Source: Trichinella spiralis
Taxonomy: Eukaryota
Reading direction: 5' to 3'
NCBI RefSeq assembly: GCF_000181795.1
Contig: NW_003526948.1
Location: 3,194,621 to 3,258,620, forward strand
DNA: 64,000 nucleotides
Position numbers and translations under genes: made by a program. The notes beneath the pieces were generated by a model that saw only the letters and a list, made by a program, of their open reading frames with translations, had not been told where the DNA came from and did not search any database. Every line of letters begins with the position of its first letter. Position 1 is the first letter of the stretch. Of the stretch, positions 32,070 to 46,182 are shown piece after piece.

Positions 32070-33604
32070 GCACACGAAACACAGAAAATTGCATTTCCAT
32101 TCATGCATACAACCGAGTTACTCTCGTAGGAAGAAAAAAGAAATCGACACAATAAAAATACATTATAACGCGATGTGACCATCTTCAAAGATGGTCTCAT
32201 CTCAGATTTTTTTATAAACAGTCACATTCATTCACTGAGACTTACCTTGAGACTTGCTTGTATAGTAGTTGTGAAGAGGTTGAAAAGTGTCGAAGTGGCC
32301 ACCAGCACGGTTTTCTGCCCTAACTGAATTGGTCTGCTTCAGAAATATGCCGACGAAAAGACACGCAAACAAGCTGTTGCTCCATGGAACCAACATCGTC
32401 GCTAGCATTGTCGGTTTATTTCCTTCTTCAGCAACAACATTCACCAACCACAACTGGGTCGTCCAATTGAACAATAAACGCTATAGTGGAGAAAACCCGC
32501 CTATTATATGCCTCAGTGGAGATTAATCAGCATATGCAAATTTTTTTTGGTCAACATGAGAATTCTTATCTCACTGTGCTGCCGTAGGAGAGAAGCCTCC
32601 GCGCCCGAGTGGTGGCCTTTCACGTCAGTATATTTCACAACCTAACCGGCAAAAATTATATCAAATGGAACCAACCGTTCTGGAAAAGGATCAAAGCTAT
32701 GTGATGACACTGTCTGCGGATACCAGGCCACTATTGGATAGCCGACAACAGCAGGCATACAATCTACACTGCTCATGAAAAGCTTTTTTTTAAATATCAT
32801 AGAATAGAATGCATGATGACGTACGAGTAAAAGAAACACCTCATACACGATGAATGATAAATAACACGTTCAGTATGTCACCTGTTGGAATGAGAATGGG
32901 ATGTTGCGAGCGCAAAATGCGTTCAAATTTCTTACAGTTCTGCCAGTTGTATACGTAGGTGAGAAATGAAATGTAACAATTTTTGGCCAAGTGAAATTAT
33001 TTTTATAATTTTATTACATTATCATGATAATTATACAAAATTATTATAAAATACGAAATTATCTCAAAAAATTAAGCTCATCTAGCCGGACAATGATAGA
33101 TCAGTTAATATAATGAATTAAAAATGAAAAAAAACAGACAATAATTAATATTAACAGTATTGGATGTACCGTAAACTGGAGTAAATTTCAATTAAATATG
33201 ATGATAAACCGGCAAAACAGCACAAAACTAGTAAAACAATTTCAAGAATGAACAGACAAATTTTGCAAGAAATAACATGAAAATTGGAACTAATTGCATA
33301 AACAAATGAATTTGATGGAGATATAGGACAAATTAACTGGTCAAAAAACAAACAATACATGCAAATTAAAGACGCGTAATCAAATATATAAGAATGATCA
33401 ACAATATACAAGAAACTGTGATAGTGTTATGTAAGTGAAACTACTTGTTAACCATGCAATAATAATAATATGAAGAGAAAGAAGAATAAGAATAATTTAA
33501 CGACAATAACAATAATAATAATAATAATAATATAATAACATTAAATAATGATAATAATAATTATAATTATAATAATATGAACTCATCATCAATTCGATCA
33601 TTCA

Positions 33605-36600
33605 TCAACATTCAGGAAGATTAAATACATTTATAATGTCATCCAGGAGTTTGATCTATAAGAAGAAATTTGAAAAATAAAATTTTAAATGCAAAATTTG
33701 CAAAAAGAAATAAAAATTACTAAATGATCAGAAAATTTTCCATCTACTGCAATAGTTTTCAATGTTTCAATTGGCTGCTTTTCATTAATCAATAACAGCA
33801 GTGTTATGCTGTCATCTGCATCGTCGTCCTTATAAGAAAAAATATCCTAAAATTGTACAAAAATCAAAAGTGAAGAATGTTATAAAAATTTGCACAAAAG
33901 AAGAACAAATCACCTCAAGTAGTGCTCGCAAGAAACGCACAGTGTGCACATCGCCAACGAGCGGCAGATATTGGCTAGCATTAAATAAATGTTCAAGTGC
34001 AAAAATAACAATTGGCTTCGTCTCTTTATTCCCTTGACAATACAACGACACCAATTTCGGCCAAGAATCTATGCTCTGTATGACAATATCCGCTTCGGGA
34101 ATTGGAAATTGCTTGCAAATCTAATAAAAATGTCGAAATGAGTCATTTTCAAATTTACCTGCGCATTATACAACCTCCATGATAATGTCCATTTGAACTA
34201 AGTCGTCTTCAAAAGTCCCACAATACTGGGCACGCACTGATTCGGTGTCCTTTTCCAAATTACTATCCTCAATGGCTGTTTCGCCCAAATTCACATCCCT
34301 AAAACAAAAAGTAAAAATAATAATAAATTGGATGCTAACGACAAAAGATTTAACAAACATTATCTACCTTGTAGCACGTTGATTGTCAACATCCTGAAAA
34401 AAATTTATCAGCTACTTTAATATGCGTAAAACTTACTGAGAACAACAGCACTTACGCATTGTACGTCATTAGAAACGCGGAACGCATCAGGTGACGATGT
34501 CGATACTGTCGATTGTCCGACAGTATCCCCTTTATAAGTGAGTGGAATATAATTGATTATTAGACAAATATCGTATCAAATTGTAAAAATTGTCACTTAC
34601 CATCACTTTTCAATGGAGCTCTTTGCTCTTTGAGTATCGAAGTATTCATGGAAGATAATTGCTCGCCTACGAAAAGATAAAATTGACAATCGCCGATTAA
34701 CTGTTCAAAAAATGCACCTACCTTCTGAAAGCGACATTTCAGAAAATTCTATCAGATTGATTTCTTCCAATGGTGTGTTCTCTTCAACGAAAAATTAATA
34801 ATGAGAAAAAATTACTCTATAAAAATGGCGCATTTGGGGGGGGGGGGGGTTTACCGTCAAACTTATTAATCGTAAATGAGACAGCATTATCAAAAACCGA
34901 CAGTGTAATTCGTCTATCAGACGTTGACAGTTTGGGGGAATTTTCTGGAAAATATTTCCAATCAAAATTTACAGTCAATTATTATTAGTCCACAAAAGCC
35001 TACTGCTCACCTTGTACTGAAGGCAGTGAAATTAAATCTGAATGTTGTTCACTTTCGTCAATTGAGGAGAATTGAATAAGATCAACTTCTACAGATGGAG
35101 AATTCTCTACAATGATGAGCAGTTTGAAGAAATGAAAAATTGCTTTCTTGTCAACAATTTCTTCATTACACATACCGTCAAACTTCATTTGAACATGCTC
35201 TTCTTGCTCAGAACTGTCCAATTCCAGGACTTGCAACTTCTTTGTCGTCAAATCGAAGATAAACGCTTCATTCTTCAACGTAGTACTTCCGTCTTTATTT
35301 TGTCCTTAAAAAGTTTTATTTCGTTTTTATCTGTCAAATTGCTTATTTTTTAGGAAAAAAAGCAAGCATGTACCGCTAGTTTCAATGTTGTCCATTTCGA
35401 ACAAAGATTCACGATCAGATGACAAATTTTCATCAAATGGTGAGCTCAATTCAGTCACCGGATTCGAGCCTCTTCCTGCTAAAAGAGAAGACATTTTATT
35501 TAAATGCACAACTGGCTGCGCATTTTAAAAATGCATACTTATTTCTATAACAGAACTGCTCTGCTCTGTAGGTTCCTCAATGGTTTCCAGTTCTGTTGGT
35601 TTTACAAATGGATTAAATGGTTGAAATAACAATTTCAAACATACACACTACTTACCCATATCCACCGGTCCCAGTATAGTCGTCATGTGGTCCACTTTGT
35701 TCATTTCATCTTTGTAAAATAACAAACATTTATTATCTTTTTTTTGAAAAATTTCTAAATGCATACTTAAAGTGGTAAGCATTTCTCGCAATTTAAGCGG
35801 TGGATGAACGTCTTTTTGCACGTCTTGCAATAATTCGACATCTGCAATGTCATCAATTTTAAACTGTTGCCGGTGAAAAATTGAAAATTCTTTTAAAAAA
35901 TATTAAATTTCATGGTCGACTTACTGTCGCTTTCATTAGACATTTCCAATAAGCAACTGTCTCTAGGTATTGGATTGTTTTCCATTTCTGCTTCAATTTC
36001 ACCAATACAAATGATCAACTGTAATTGTAATAATTGTAAAACTTACTTTCAAACTTCAAATCCTGCTTTTCCGCCAATTTCACGTCTGCAGGTAAAGTGG
36101 GCTTACGATCACTTCGAATTGGCTTACAAAAGTCTGAAAAAATTAATAATAAATTTGTTAATTACTTTAAAAATTAAAGCTCACGTGATTTAATCGACAT
36201 TCGTTTCGGAAGCGGTGTTCTTGCAGGGCTGTAATTTGCAATCAAAACAGGCAGTGCAGAAGGCTTCACCGCAGTCACTAAAAAAATTCAATTTGTTACA
36301 ACATATCCAAGCTGTAAAATTTTTTCAACTTTTCACTGAAACAAAAATAAATATATAGAAAATTAGCTAAACTGTTTAATGAAAATGAAATTAAATTTCT
36401 TTGTGCAAAAGGCAAAACAAGCACACCAAAATTAACCCTAACAGCAATTAACAAAAACAGATTAATGGAAATTGTGCGAATTGAAAAATTTTCAAAATTG
36501 GTCTTTTTACCTCGCTTTGGTGTAACCGGAGTGCGATTACCTTGAGCAGCTTCATTGCGCAACGAAGTGACGATCGCTTCAATCTGACGTCGCCGGGCTC

Positions 36601-37808
36601 CGGTGAATCGTTTCATCACACTAATTGCCAAGTCTTCGTCAAACTTATACAACAAAGCAAAAGCCTAAATCAAATAATAAAACGCTTTTACATTTGCACG
36701 CAAAAAACAGTTCCGAGCTGCTGTTCATATACAACCTCTTGACCATCAGCTCTAACTTTCTGATCGGCATCGTCCAAAATTTTCGTGATAAAATTAGCAA
36801 CCTGCGTTTTGGGTATTTTTTTCAAATTCGCATCGTTCCATGTTTGCAACGAAAAACGCATCAAGCTAGCACAAAGTCTAAACGAGAGTTATTAAAATTG
36901 AAATGGAAAAACAACAATAACATACCGTCGGATGTCACGACTCTTTGAATTATATTTGTCCACTAGAATAGCAATCAATCGAAAAGATTGAACGTGCTGA
37001 AAATAAAGAAAATCATTTTTTGTCAATCAAAACACCAAAATTACCTTGAACATGATTGTGCTAGCCACTGAAGCTGATGAGGAAATAACTTTGGCCGATG
37101 CGTTTACCAAATCTAACATTGTAGGCAAACAAAATTCTGCCAATCGCTCACATTTCGATTTTTCCAACTGAGCAATAAACCTTGAATAAAATTGCCTTCA
37201 AAATATTTATTAATAATTAGAATAACTCTGATGTTTACGCAAAAGTGACGCAGGTTTCGCGAACAATTTGAGAACGCAAATCGGTAAAACACGAATTCAA
37301 CTTTCTTGCCAGCTTCGGAATATCCGACAAAATTAAAATACTCAATTCAGCGCTCAACATAGCTGACCGAAGCTTCTTAATCTAAAATCAACTTGAATCA
37401 GGCACAGTTTGCTAATACAGAATAAATTCAATACAGCATTGCATCTTTTGATCCAATTTCCTCGTTCGTCAATTTCATTAAATATGTTTTCCACAACACT
37501 AACAGGCTTGTCAAAGGTTGTAGGCTACAAAGAGGATAACTTTCAAAAACGTCATACAGAAATACAAATTCAATTATTACCAGGATCTGAACGTTTTCAA
37601 ATTCAGATTCAAAATCCGCCTGCACAACCGCACCTGGACTTTCTAAACATATAGCTCAGTAGCAATAATATAAACGAATAAATTCTATATACACATATTA
37701 ATCAAAACAAAATGATGGATTCTCACATCAAATAAGTATATTTAAGTTAAATGCACAACAAAATAACAACTGAAACTTACTACGCGTAGAGACTACAGGA
37801 CGTGCCAT
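33605..37808 (-). CDS. CLASP-like TOG/HEAT microtubule-associated protein, many exons
   Basis: Spliced N-terminus MARPVVSTR|KSPGAVVQADFESEF..., then CLASP signatures DLRSQIVRETCVTFA, SKSRDIRR and ILDDADQKVRADGQE|AFALLY. An S/T/P-rich and acidic middle follows, and a helical C-terminus ending IKLLDDIINVFNLPEC*. Not all internal exon boundaries were verified. Confidence 0.75.
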
Positions 37809-38662
37809 TGTCATCAAAGTTTGTATACTAAAACTGCTTCCCACCAAGCCACAGTACTTGGATTTAATTTGACCTGCAAAATACCGTATGCCGTAACTTT
37901 AAAAAGTACTTTAAAATAACAGTGGTCGTTAGCAATTGTTTAAATTTAAAGAAAGCTCATTTAAAAATTGTTTAAATAAAATAAATTTTAAAAACTTAAA
38001 TTTCTTTATCCTTCAATTGAAAGTTTTTATTTTCATGCATTGATTGCTTGTGCAGATACCAAAATTACGGAACCAAAATTTAGCAAAATAAAAATTAAAT
38101 ATGTATTGCCAATTTAATAAAAATTATAATTTATATCAAAATATAATAAAAATTAATTAATTTTATAACTATAATATATAAGAAAATTGTTTTATACCGT
38201 ACACTCTGCCCTATAAATAGGTTAAGTAAAATTCTGTATAATTTTAAATAAGCTTTACTTGGTTTATTTACTAAAAATTGCATGTTTATATGTACCAAAA
38301 TGAAACATGACAAATAAATAATTTATCTAAAATAATGCTAGTAAAATGGAAAGTCATAACGTAAAAACATTTTGCCACTTTCTAAAGTTTTTAAAATTCA
38401 AAAATGTTTGAAATGTAGAATTCGTTAAAATTATTCATTAGTAAATTTACGTTTAATATTATCATTAAAGCTTATTTTTTTAATACTTTTTGATTGGGCA
38501 ATATTAGTAAATTCACTATATTTTTTTATAAAAGTGTAAACACTTTCAAAACAGAATTTGTACTTAATTGTCATTTACATAAAGTACACATTAAACATTT
38601 CTTTTACTGTTTAGGTGTTGTTAAATTATTTTATTTTTGTTACAATCTTTTTTATTTGCTTA

Positions 38663-39641
38663 ATGCATTCAGCTAATCAAAAACGGGAAGACTATATTAG
38701 CTGGACCGATTACTTTATGGGCGTTGCTCTTTTATCATCTAAACGCAGCAAAGATCCAATTATGCAAGTACAAAAATACGTATATTGAACTTACTGCAAT
38801 TTATTGATTGAATATTTGTTTATTTAAATTTTTCAGGAAGGAGCATGCATTGTAAATTCAGATAATCATATTATTGGAGTTGGCTATAATGGAATGCCAG
38901 CTGGGTGCAGTGATGATCGTATGCCGTGGGCGGATCAAGCAAACAGCATTCTTGAAACTAAGCACCCATACAGTGAGTATTTGTTGTGATGGTTGTTTTT
39001 TATTAAGCGTTTAATGTTTCTCTTATCTCTATGAGTAAGTGTTATCATGTGAAATTACAATGAATGTTATTGATTTAAGTCTGTCATGCTGCTTTAAATG
39101 CAGTTGTGAATAAAATCTCCAACAGCGCTAAAGGATGTTGTTTGTACACTACCCATTTACCATGTAGTCATTGTGCAGGTTTGTTGATTCAGTCTGGGGT
39201 GAGATCTGTATATTTTTTGAAGAATAGTTTGGATACCATCTCTACTGCTGCTACTGAACGTCTCTTCAAAGAAAGTGGAGTCCATTACGAGTATGTACCA
39301 TTGATGAATTATATCACATATGCATATTAATCAATAACATTGATTGCAGTAAATAAAAAATTCTAAATCTGAATATTATTATACATGATATATGAATTTT
39401 AAGAACAAACAAAGTTTGGAACATGGTTTAAATAAAAGTAGATCAAAGCTATATATAGATTCAAAACTACTTGCTTTTATAAATAAATAAATGTACTGCT
39501 CTTTATTCGTGTACTTGCTTTTAGTAGTTGGACAGTTGAAGTTCTTTATGTCTAATAATTTGTTTGTTATTTTTCAGACAATACAAGACACAAACAAATA
39601 AGATTGTTATCAATTTTGACGATCAATCATCCCATGTATGA
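38663..39641 (+). CDS. DCTD: dCMP deaminase homolog lacking the catalytic Glu (HAA); about 171 aa
   Basis: Exons 38663-38767, 38837-38972, 39080-39290 and 39578-39641 join in phase: [16 protein letters not shown]...RSKDP...GACIVN...[16 protein letters not shown]...KHPYICHAALNA...[14 protein letters not shown]. Confidence 0.9.
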
Positions 39642-40141
39642 TAACTTCTGTCTTCAGTTTTCGAAAAACTACTTTATTATGAACGTTTTTCAGTGATACT
39701 TTCAAACAGTTGTTTTATTAAACACATTATGCATCACTGTTGCTCATTTATTTGCCTTTCAGTTAAGCATTAATGTACTTTTGTTTTATTACAAGAAACG
39801 AAGTTCTAAACATCCTAAACCCTTGATTTGTAAAAATGTTCCAAAACCGAAATAATATGGACTGTGAAATGTTGATGATATATTGTATGTGTATATATAA
39901 ATAGAAATACATGAATGGTATGTATGTATATATGAAGTGGATGGTGAACGATAAATATGCATATACTTGAAAAAAGAAAGTCAAAATAAAAGTGAGAGAT
40001 AGATGATAATGATAAACGAAAACCGCGTTCTTCATGTTAAAATCAAAGCACCTTAAGTTGTTCTCTCGAAAACAAATGAAGAACAGCGAAATTAGTTCGT
40101 ATTTTCTCTTTTACATGTTACCTTCACAGATTTAAACACGC

Positions 40142-43100
40142 TTACAAATTATGAGACCCGGAAGCTTTATCACCGTTGGTATTCAACTCGTCTTCGGTAT
40201 TCATATCACCAGCAATCGGTAAAGCATCCCCTCTAAGCAATGCAAGGAGATGTGTATTTCTCTCATCAGACGTGTCGCACTGATAATTCAGCTCCAACAA
40301 CGTGCTACTACTTCCAGTTTGATCAGAAGTCAACATTGGGCTGACACTGGCAGCGTCGGCCTTGGTTCCACTTTCATTTTTCTCTTCTGAAGATTCTTCC
40401 ACACTCATCGCAATTGAACTATCGTCTGTTGTTTAAACGAACAATAAAAACATTATCAAACATTAATAAAAAAAATAATCTACAACCGTACTCACCAATT
40501 TCCATCACACTACCCGAAGAATGATGACGCTTTGACGCTTGCCATTCAACACTTTCAGGTGCGTCATCGTTCACCACCGCCGACACACGACGTCCCATTC
40601 TCTTCTTAACTCTCATTGAATTTTTACCTGAAACACAATTACTCACTCATAAAATCAAAAACAACGCAAAAAATCAATTCAAGGCTAAAAAAAGTTATTT
40701 GTATTTTCATGCCAATTAATGAGAATCAACTTTTCCACCTCATTTCGAATTCAATTAATGCAAAAATGATGAACGATTTGGCATACCTTTATCAGCCGTT
40801 TTCTTCGATACTCGCCTCTGTCGACGCTTCTGAGTTGTATCACCGTAGCGTTCTTTGTGTTCAACCGTTTCGCCAAGACGATGCAATTCCACATAATGCT
40901 GATCTTCAGTATTTTCATCATTCTAAATGAAATGGATAATTTTCATTTCGAATAAATTTCCCCCATCCTCCCCCCCCCATCTCTCACATATTCATCTTGA
41001 TAACTATCCAATGAAACATTTTCCCATCTGAAATGAAAAATAAAAAACCATATGAAGCAGAATTGAAAAAAAAATCTTCAAATCTGAATAATACTCAGGA
41101 ATTGGTATAGTTTTCAAGTTGGTCAAACGAACACGGTCGACAGAAACTCTTTTCAAACACAACGCAATATTGTCAATGTCGAACGACCGACGGGGACGAA
41201 CCCGAACCCCCGCAACCGGGCTTCGTCGTTTTTGGAGCCTGGTCCGGGCCGAAGATTTCTGAGCATCCGCTTTCTGCTGCTGCCGACCGCCGCCGGCCCT
41301 CGACGCCTTGGGTGTGGTCGCCTTGCGATTCTTCACTCGGTTGCGACACATCTTCTGCAGCTTCAACGCTCGGCTCTGCTTGTAGCTGCGCCTGGGACGA
41401 ACCGCCTGGCCAGCCTGGCGATGATAACGCTGGCGGTGGCGGCGGCGATTCACCGTTCTGGGCAATTTCAACGGCTTGTACAAGTTCTCCTTTTCCGGCT
41501 TCCACAACGACGTAGGCTCTTTCGAATTTTCTAACAAACGTCTCGCTTCTTCATCACCATCCCCATCAAGTTTTCGCTTTTTCCATTTCCTGAAAACAAT
41601 CAACCAGCAATTTGTTTCTTCTCGACCATCATCCAAATCAAATCAAACCAAAGAAATTTACCAAAGAATGCCCAACCAAGATTCAGGACACGCTCGAATT
41701 TTGCTGTATCGAATAGCTTCGTGTATTATATCTAGTGGAAAAATTATGCTATCCATTAACAAGAAAGAAGGGGAAGAAAAAAAAATAATGAAATCTTCTC
41801 ACCTTCGTCATGTTCAAACCATGGTCCCCGTCCCCGTTTCATGATGTTCTCGCTTTGACCATTCATGTCAAACTCACGATCAAAATAATTACCGCTGCTA
41901 GCCGGCAATGAACACAGATAACACAGCCCATAAGGCGGACACTGCTTACACAAACATTCATCCTTCTTCAAGTGAACCTTCGCTTTTCTACAAATGTCAA
42001 CACAAACATACTCTGAACAATTTTTATCAAAAACAAAAAAAAATTCACCCTAAAAAACTACCTCAAATACACACTTGATATCAAGTTTCTCATTAAAAAA
42101 TTCTTTAAATAGAATAATCTCACTTCATTTCTAAACTTAAATAAACTTCCAATACATTTTTCTACAAACTGTAAAATATCCCATAAAATAGTTTTTCTTA
42201 TAAAAAATATATTCTAAATCATGCATCAATTAATTATTTAATATAATAAACTTCATGTACAAACAAGCGAGCAATTTCACGTTTTCCTTTTAATAATATC
42301 CTCAACATTACAAAATGCTTACTTAAAATTTTGTTCCAAAAATAAAAACTAACACCAATGAGTAAAACAAAAAAAAACAAAAACAGTATCAGCATTTCAA
42401 TGACAAACAGCAGCACTGAAGTACAAAATGCCTGTCAAATCAGAATTATCAAATTAAATTAAAAGAAAATAAGACCTATCCAAATTACAGTAATTCTTAT
42501 GCAATTAACTATTTCCAACAGTGTAATAATCTGATAACTGTAAACTGAAATTTGAATGCACTTTTATGTCAGCATATAAACATTGCACTTTTCGCAACAA
42601 TTAAACGCAGTACAAATTAATATCAAGTTAAAATAAATGAAAAAGAAAAGAAATACTTACGCAGCTAAGCGTCTAATGTCGACAAAGTCTCCAATATATG
42701 AATCATCAATATAATTATATCGATCTGAAATGCGATATAAAACATCCCTAAAAATAAAAAAACAACACAAGCTAATTGTATAAATGTATAAACAATAAAA
42801 ATCACAGCATTACCGTTCAGTTTCTACGGTTGCTACAGGATTATCGATTTCAAGGTTATCATCTCGGATACATTCGTTAAGACGAGAAATCACAGTGTTA
42901 TTTCGTCTGATACGATTTTCAATAAGATGAAGTCTCGCTTTCATTCGATTATATATGCGACTGTTCTCGCTTGCGACATCACTAGAAACAATTCATCTTT
43001 CATAAAAAAGCTTTACAAAATATAAAAATAAAATATACTTTTTAATCGTTTCCGTTGGTTGTGAACTCGGTTCCTTCTGATCTGAAATTTCTTCTTCTTC

Positions 43101-44883
43101 AGAAATTTCTTTATCAGTAAGGTAACGAATGGTCGCTTGACGCTTTGCTTCTTCAGTCTCAGCGAAGATCATTTCGTTCATTGGGTTATGGCTGCTTATG
43201 TAAGACATATAGATGTAGCTTTTGAAGAAAAATTTGTTTTCCAATTCTTCTCTTTCAACACTGATGTACGATTTAGGTCGAAAAGCAAGCAAGGTCTCCA
43301 GTATTGAACCACTTTCTTGATACACCCTTTCCGGATTACTGACGTTGCGAAAAAGCTGTATAATTTCTTTTTTAGTATAACCGTGGAAGGTTTGCGTTTT
43401 AAATGAAAATCCACTTAATCTAAACCATAGATTCACTTGATCCGCTATTCGGCTGCTTTTGAAAAAATTTAGACACTCTTCTTTGTCGGGCAGTTTGTCA
43501 TCATTGGGAAGTTTTATCGAACGGATTTCACTGTGTTTGCTGACAAACAATCTCAATATACTGCAGCAGAAAATGTTTCGCAAACGACAAAGCAGTTTTT
43601 TGGTGATGTCAAAGATAGAAATCTTCGGCTTTTCATTCAATCGTAACCGCCTTCCGCGAATGCACTTCGCCTTGAACATTCTGTACTTCCGTGCATTTTT
43701 CATAAAATACTTCCTCAAATAATACAGCGTATGATTCGATCCAATTTTTTCCTCCCGAATTTCTGCAAGCTTCTTCTTCTTCATAACAAAAAAATTGTTC
43801 GCCCTGAATCTCATGCCTATGAGCGACCTCCATTTTACTTTGGAGCAAAGACTGATTAAGCAAAACGTATCAACTTTGAAACTTCTTTTCTTCTTAGATG
43901 GCAACAAAAATCTACGTCTTTTCGCCGCAATCCTGACTTCATCTTTTCGGTAAAGATCAGTCCGCTGAACAGGAAAATCTGAGCCGAAAGCCGATTTAGA
44001 GTAATGAAAATTTGAGTTCGCACCATAGCTTCTTCCTTTGAAATTAAACCGCGAAGTTGATCTAGCAACGCCACCGAAAAAGGGTCTCTGAAGCCTACTG
44101 AAGATCACTTCATGAGTCGGAGCCACAACAACTCTGGGCATTTCCATAGAATGAGAGCTTACAGTCTCCGGATTTTCCTTTGATTCTAAAGACATGATGG
44201 CTTCACAGATTTCTTCTGGAGTGTAAGCATCATGACATTGCGGAAAAGTAACTTCTTCCGTAAACACATTAGAATTGCCAGTAGAAGCTGAACTGACCTC
44301 CAATCCAATATTTCCAATTCCGATAACAGGTGGCGCAGCTAGAATACGCTTTACATTCTCAGATAAACCAGATTCTGCTCTTTCTACAGCGCTCTGTTCA
44401 GCAGAAGCATGCATTTTACTGTCAACAGTCTCATTTGGATCGTACATTTTTGATTTCTTAGGAAGAGATGAAATAGAGACTTTATGTATGGGAAGGCTGT
44501 GCGAGGTGCTTGGTGAATCATTCGCAGCATCCTCGAGAGCTTTCTGTTTTATTGCTTTACTTCTGCAAATAAGCTGCGCTTCACTGTGTGGAAGAGAATA
44601 CTTCACCCTCGACAGAGGATCACCGGACGCAGAAACGCCGTAATATCTCTTTAACACAGGTTTTCGGACAGAAGGATTCTGTGTCGATGAAGCCTTGTCG
44701 TTCGATGAGCTCACATTCGCTGGCGTTTCAGTCGCATCGGAACTTGGATGCAAAGGCTGGAGACCTTCACAGAAAATAAACATTACAAGTTAAAAAAACA
44801 AAGTTAACAATTGAATTACTAGATTGTAAAGTCGATTTTGAGATGATGCTGTGAGATGTATTTAGGTGATGAGGGGGATCCAT
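40142..44883 (-). CDS. Large nuclear protein with a PEHE domain, KANSL1/NSL1-like
   Basis: Start MDPPHHL at 44883 splices into ORF 42993..44783. Coiled coil SRIYNRMKARLHLIENRIRR, Cys cluster CLCKQC...CYLC, a SARTR motif, and PEHE-like SFDIDNI...RV.L..LKTIPIPE|W...ENTEDQHYVELHRLGE follow in order. Confidence 0.7.
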
Positions 44884-46145
44884 CTTTCATCACCGTGACG
44901 GTTGAAATGATGGAGTAAAGTAAAATTCTTTATTTCTTTCCTTGCAAAAATTTCAGTCGATCGCACTTTGAAAAAACGACAAAAGAAATCAGTCAGGGAA
45001 ATTTTTTTCCAATCCAACAATTCCAACACCCGTCAAGAACAAATTTTACATCCTTACTTTAATCAATTATCCAATGTCCTGATAAAATGACAATTAAGTG
45101 TAAATAAGTTATTAGTCATACTGTATATGTTACTTCAGCAGTAACAAAATTTTTTTAGAGGAAATAACTACTTACGTAATTTAAAAATAAATAAAATTCA
45201 ATTATTTCAGTTTTTTTAGTAATATACTGTTCATTAAAAACAATTTTTTGACATCAAAAGTAGCAACATTTACAGAAGAAAAAAATTACCTAAAATTTTG
45301 CAAAAAGTATATAAAATAAATTATAAGAATATTTAATTTATAAAAATATTTTTTGTACTAGTAATTCTTCTGAAAATACAATTACAGAAATTACAGTATG
45401 CATTGTTGAAATAAATTTGCTTCTCATTAATAAATAAAATTCAAATAAATGATAATTTAAGACATAATCACTTTAAGTAAGCTAAATTAATATACTTTAA
45501 AAATTTTCACTTGTCTTTATGCAAAGTTTACAAAAGGATTACTGTAACACATTTTTAATAAAGAATTTGTAGCAGTGTGCTTTTCAAAATTTATGCTTTA
45601 CCTTACCCTGCTTATTACATAAATATATCTACATAATGAAATTTGTGGAATTTATAAACATGTTCAATTCTTCCTGAACTCTTAAATATAAACTACATTT
45701 ATGACAGTAATAATGATATGCAAGCATTACTGCTATCAGTTGACTTTTAATTTTATGACGGCCTCCTAAATCACGTTGTTTTTTTCTGTGTTTAAGCATT
45801 TTAGTATTATCCAACACAAATAATGCTTGCTTTTTACCGCTGTAGTACTTAATACAACTGCCAGAGGGGACGATCTGGTATATGCTTTTCAGTATACTGT
45901 ATTATATTTAGATTATAAAAAAATGCATTACATTACAAAAATTATTTGCTTCTGCAATAAATTACGGCTGATTTTCAAAAATAATTATTATTTATTGCAT
46001 TTACATTCATTTATTTAATTTATAAGTAAACAGCTAAAGAACCACCTTTTTCATTTTTCAATCAGTTTCCTTATAACTATGATGCTGCAAATCTGAGATG
46101 CCTATAATATATGCAGAGCAAGATCATAGTAGCGACTGATGCAAT

Positions 46146-46146
46146 G

Positions 46147-46182
<36 letters not shown>
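46146..46182. repeat. (TAA)n microsatellite
   Basis: Read directly; it explains the poly-Tyr ORF 46102..46305. Confidence 0.9.

Noticed and set aside
31973..32155. Poly-Leu ORF resembling a signal peptide
   Set aside because: It is a translated (CTA)n microsatellite with no in-frame ATG.
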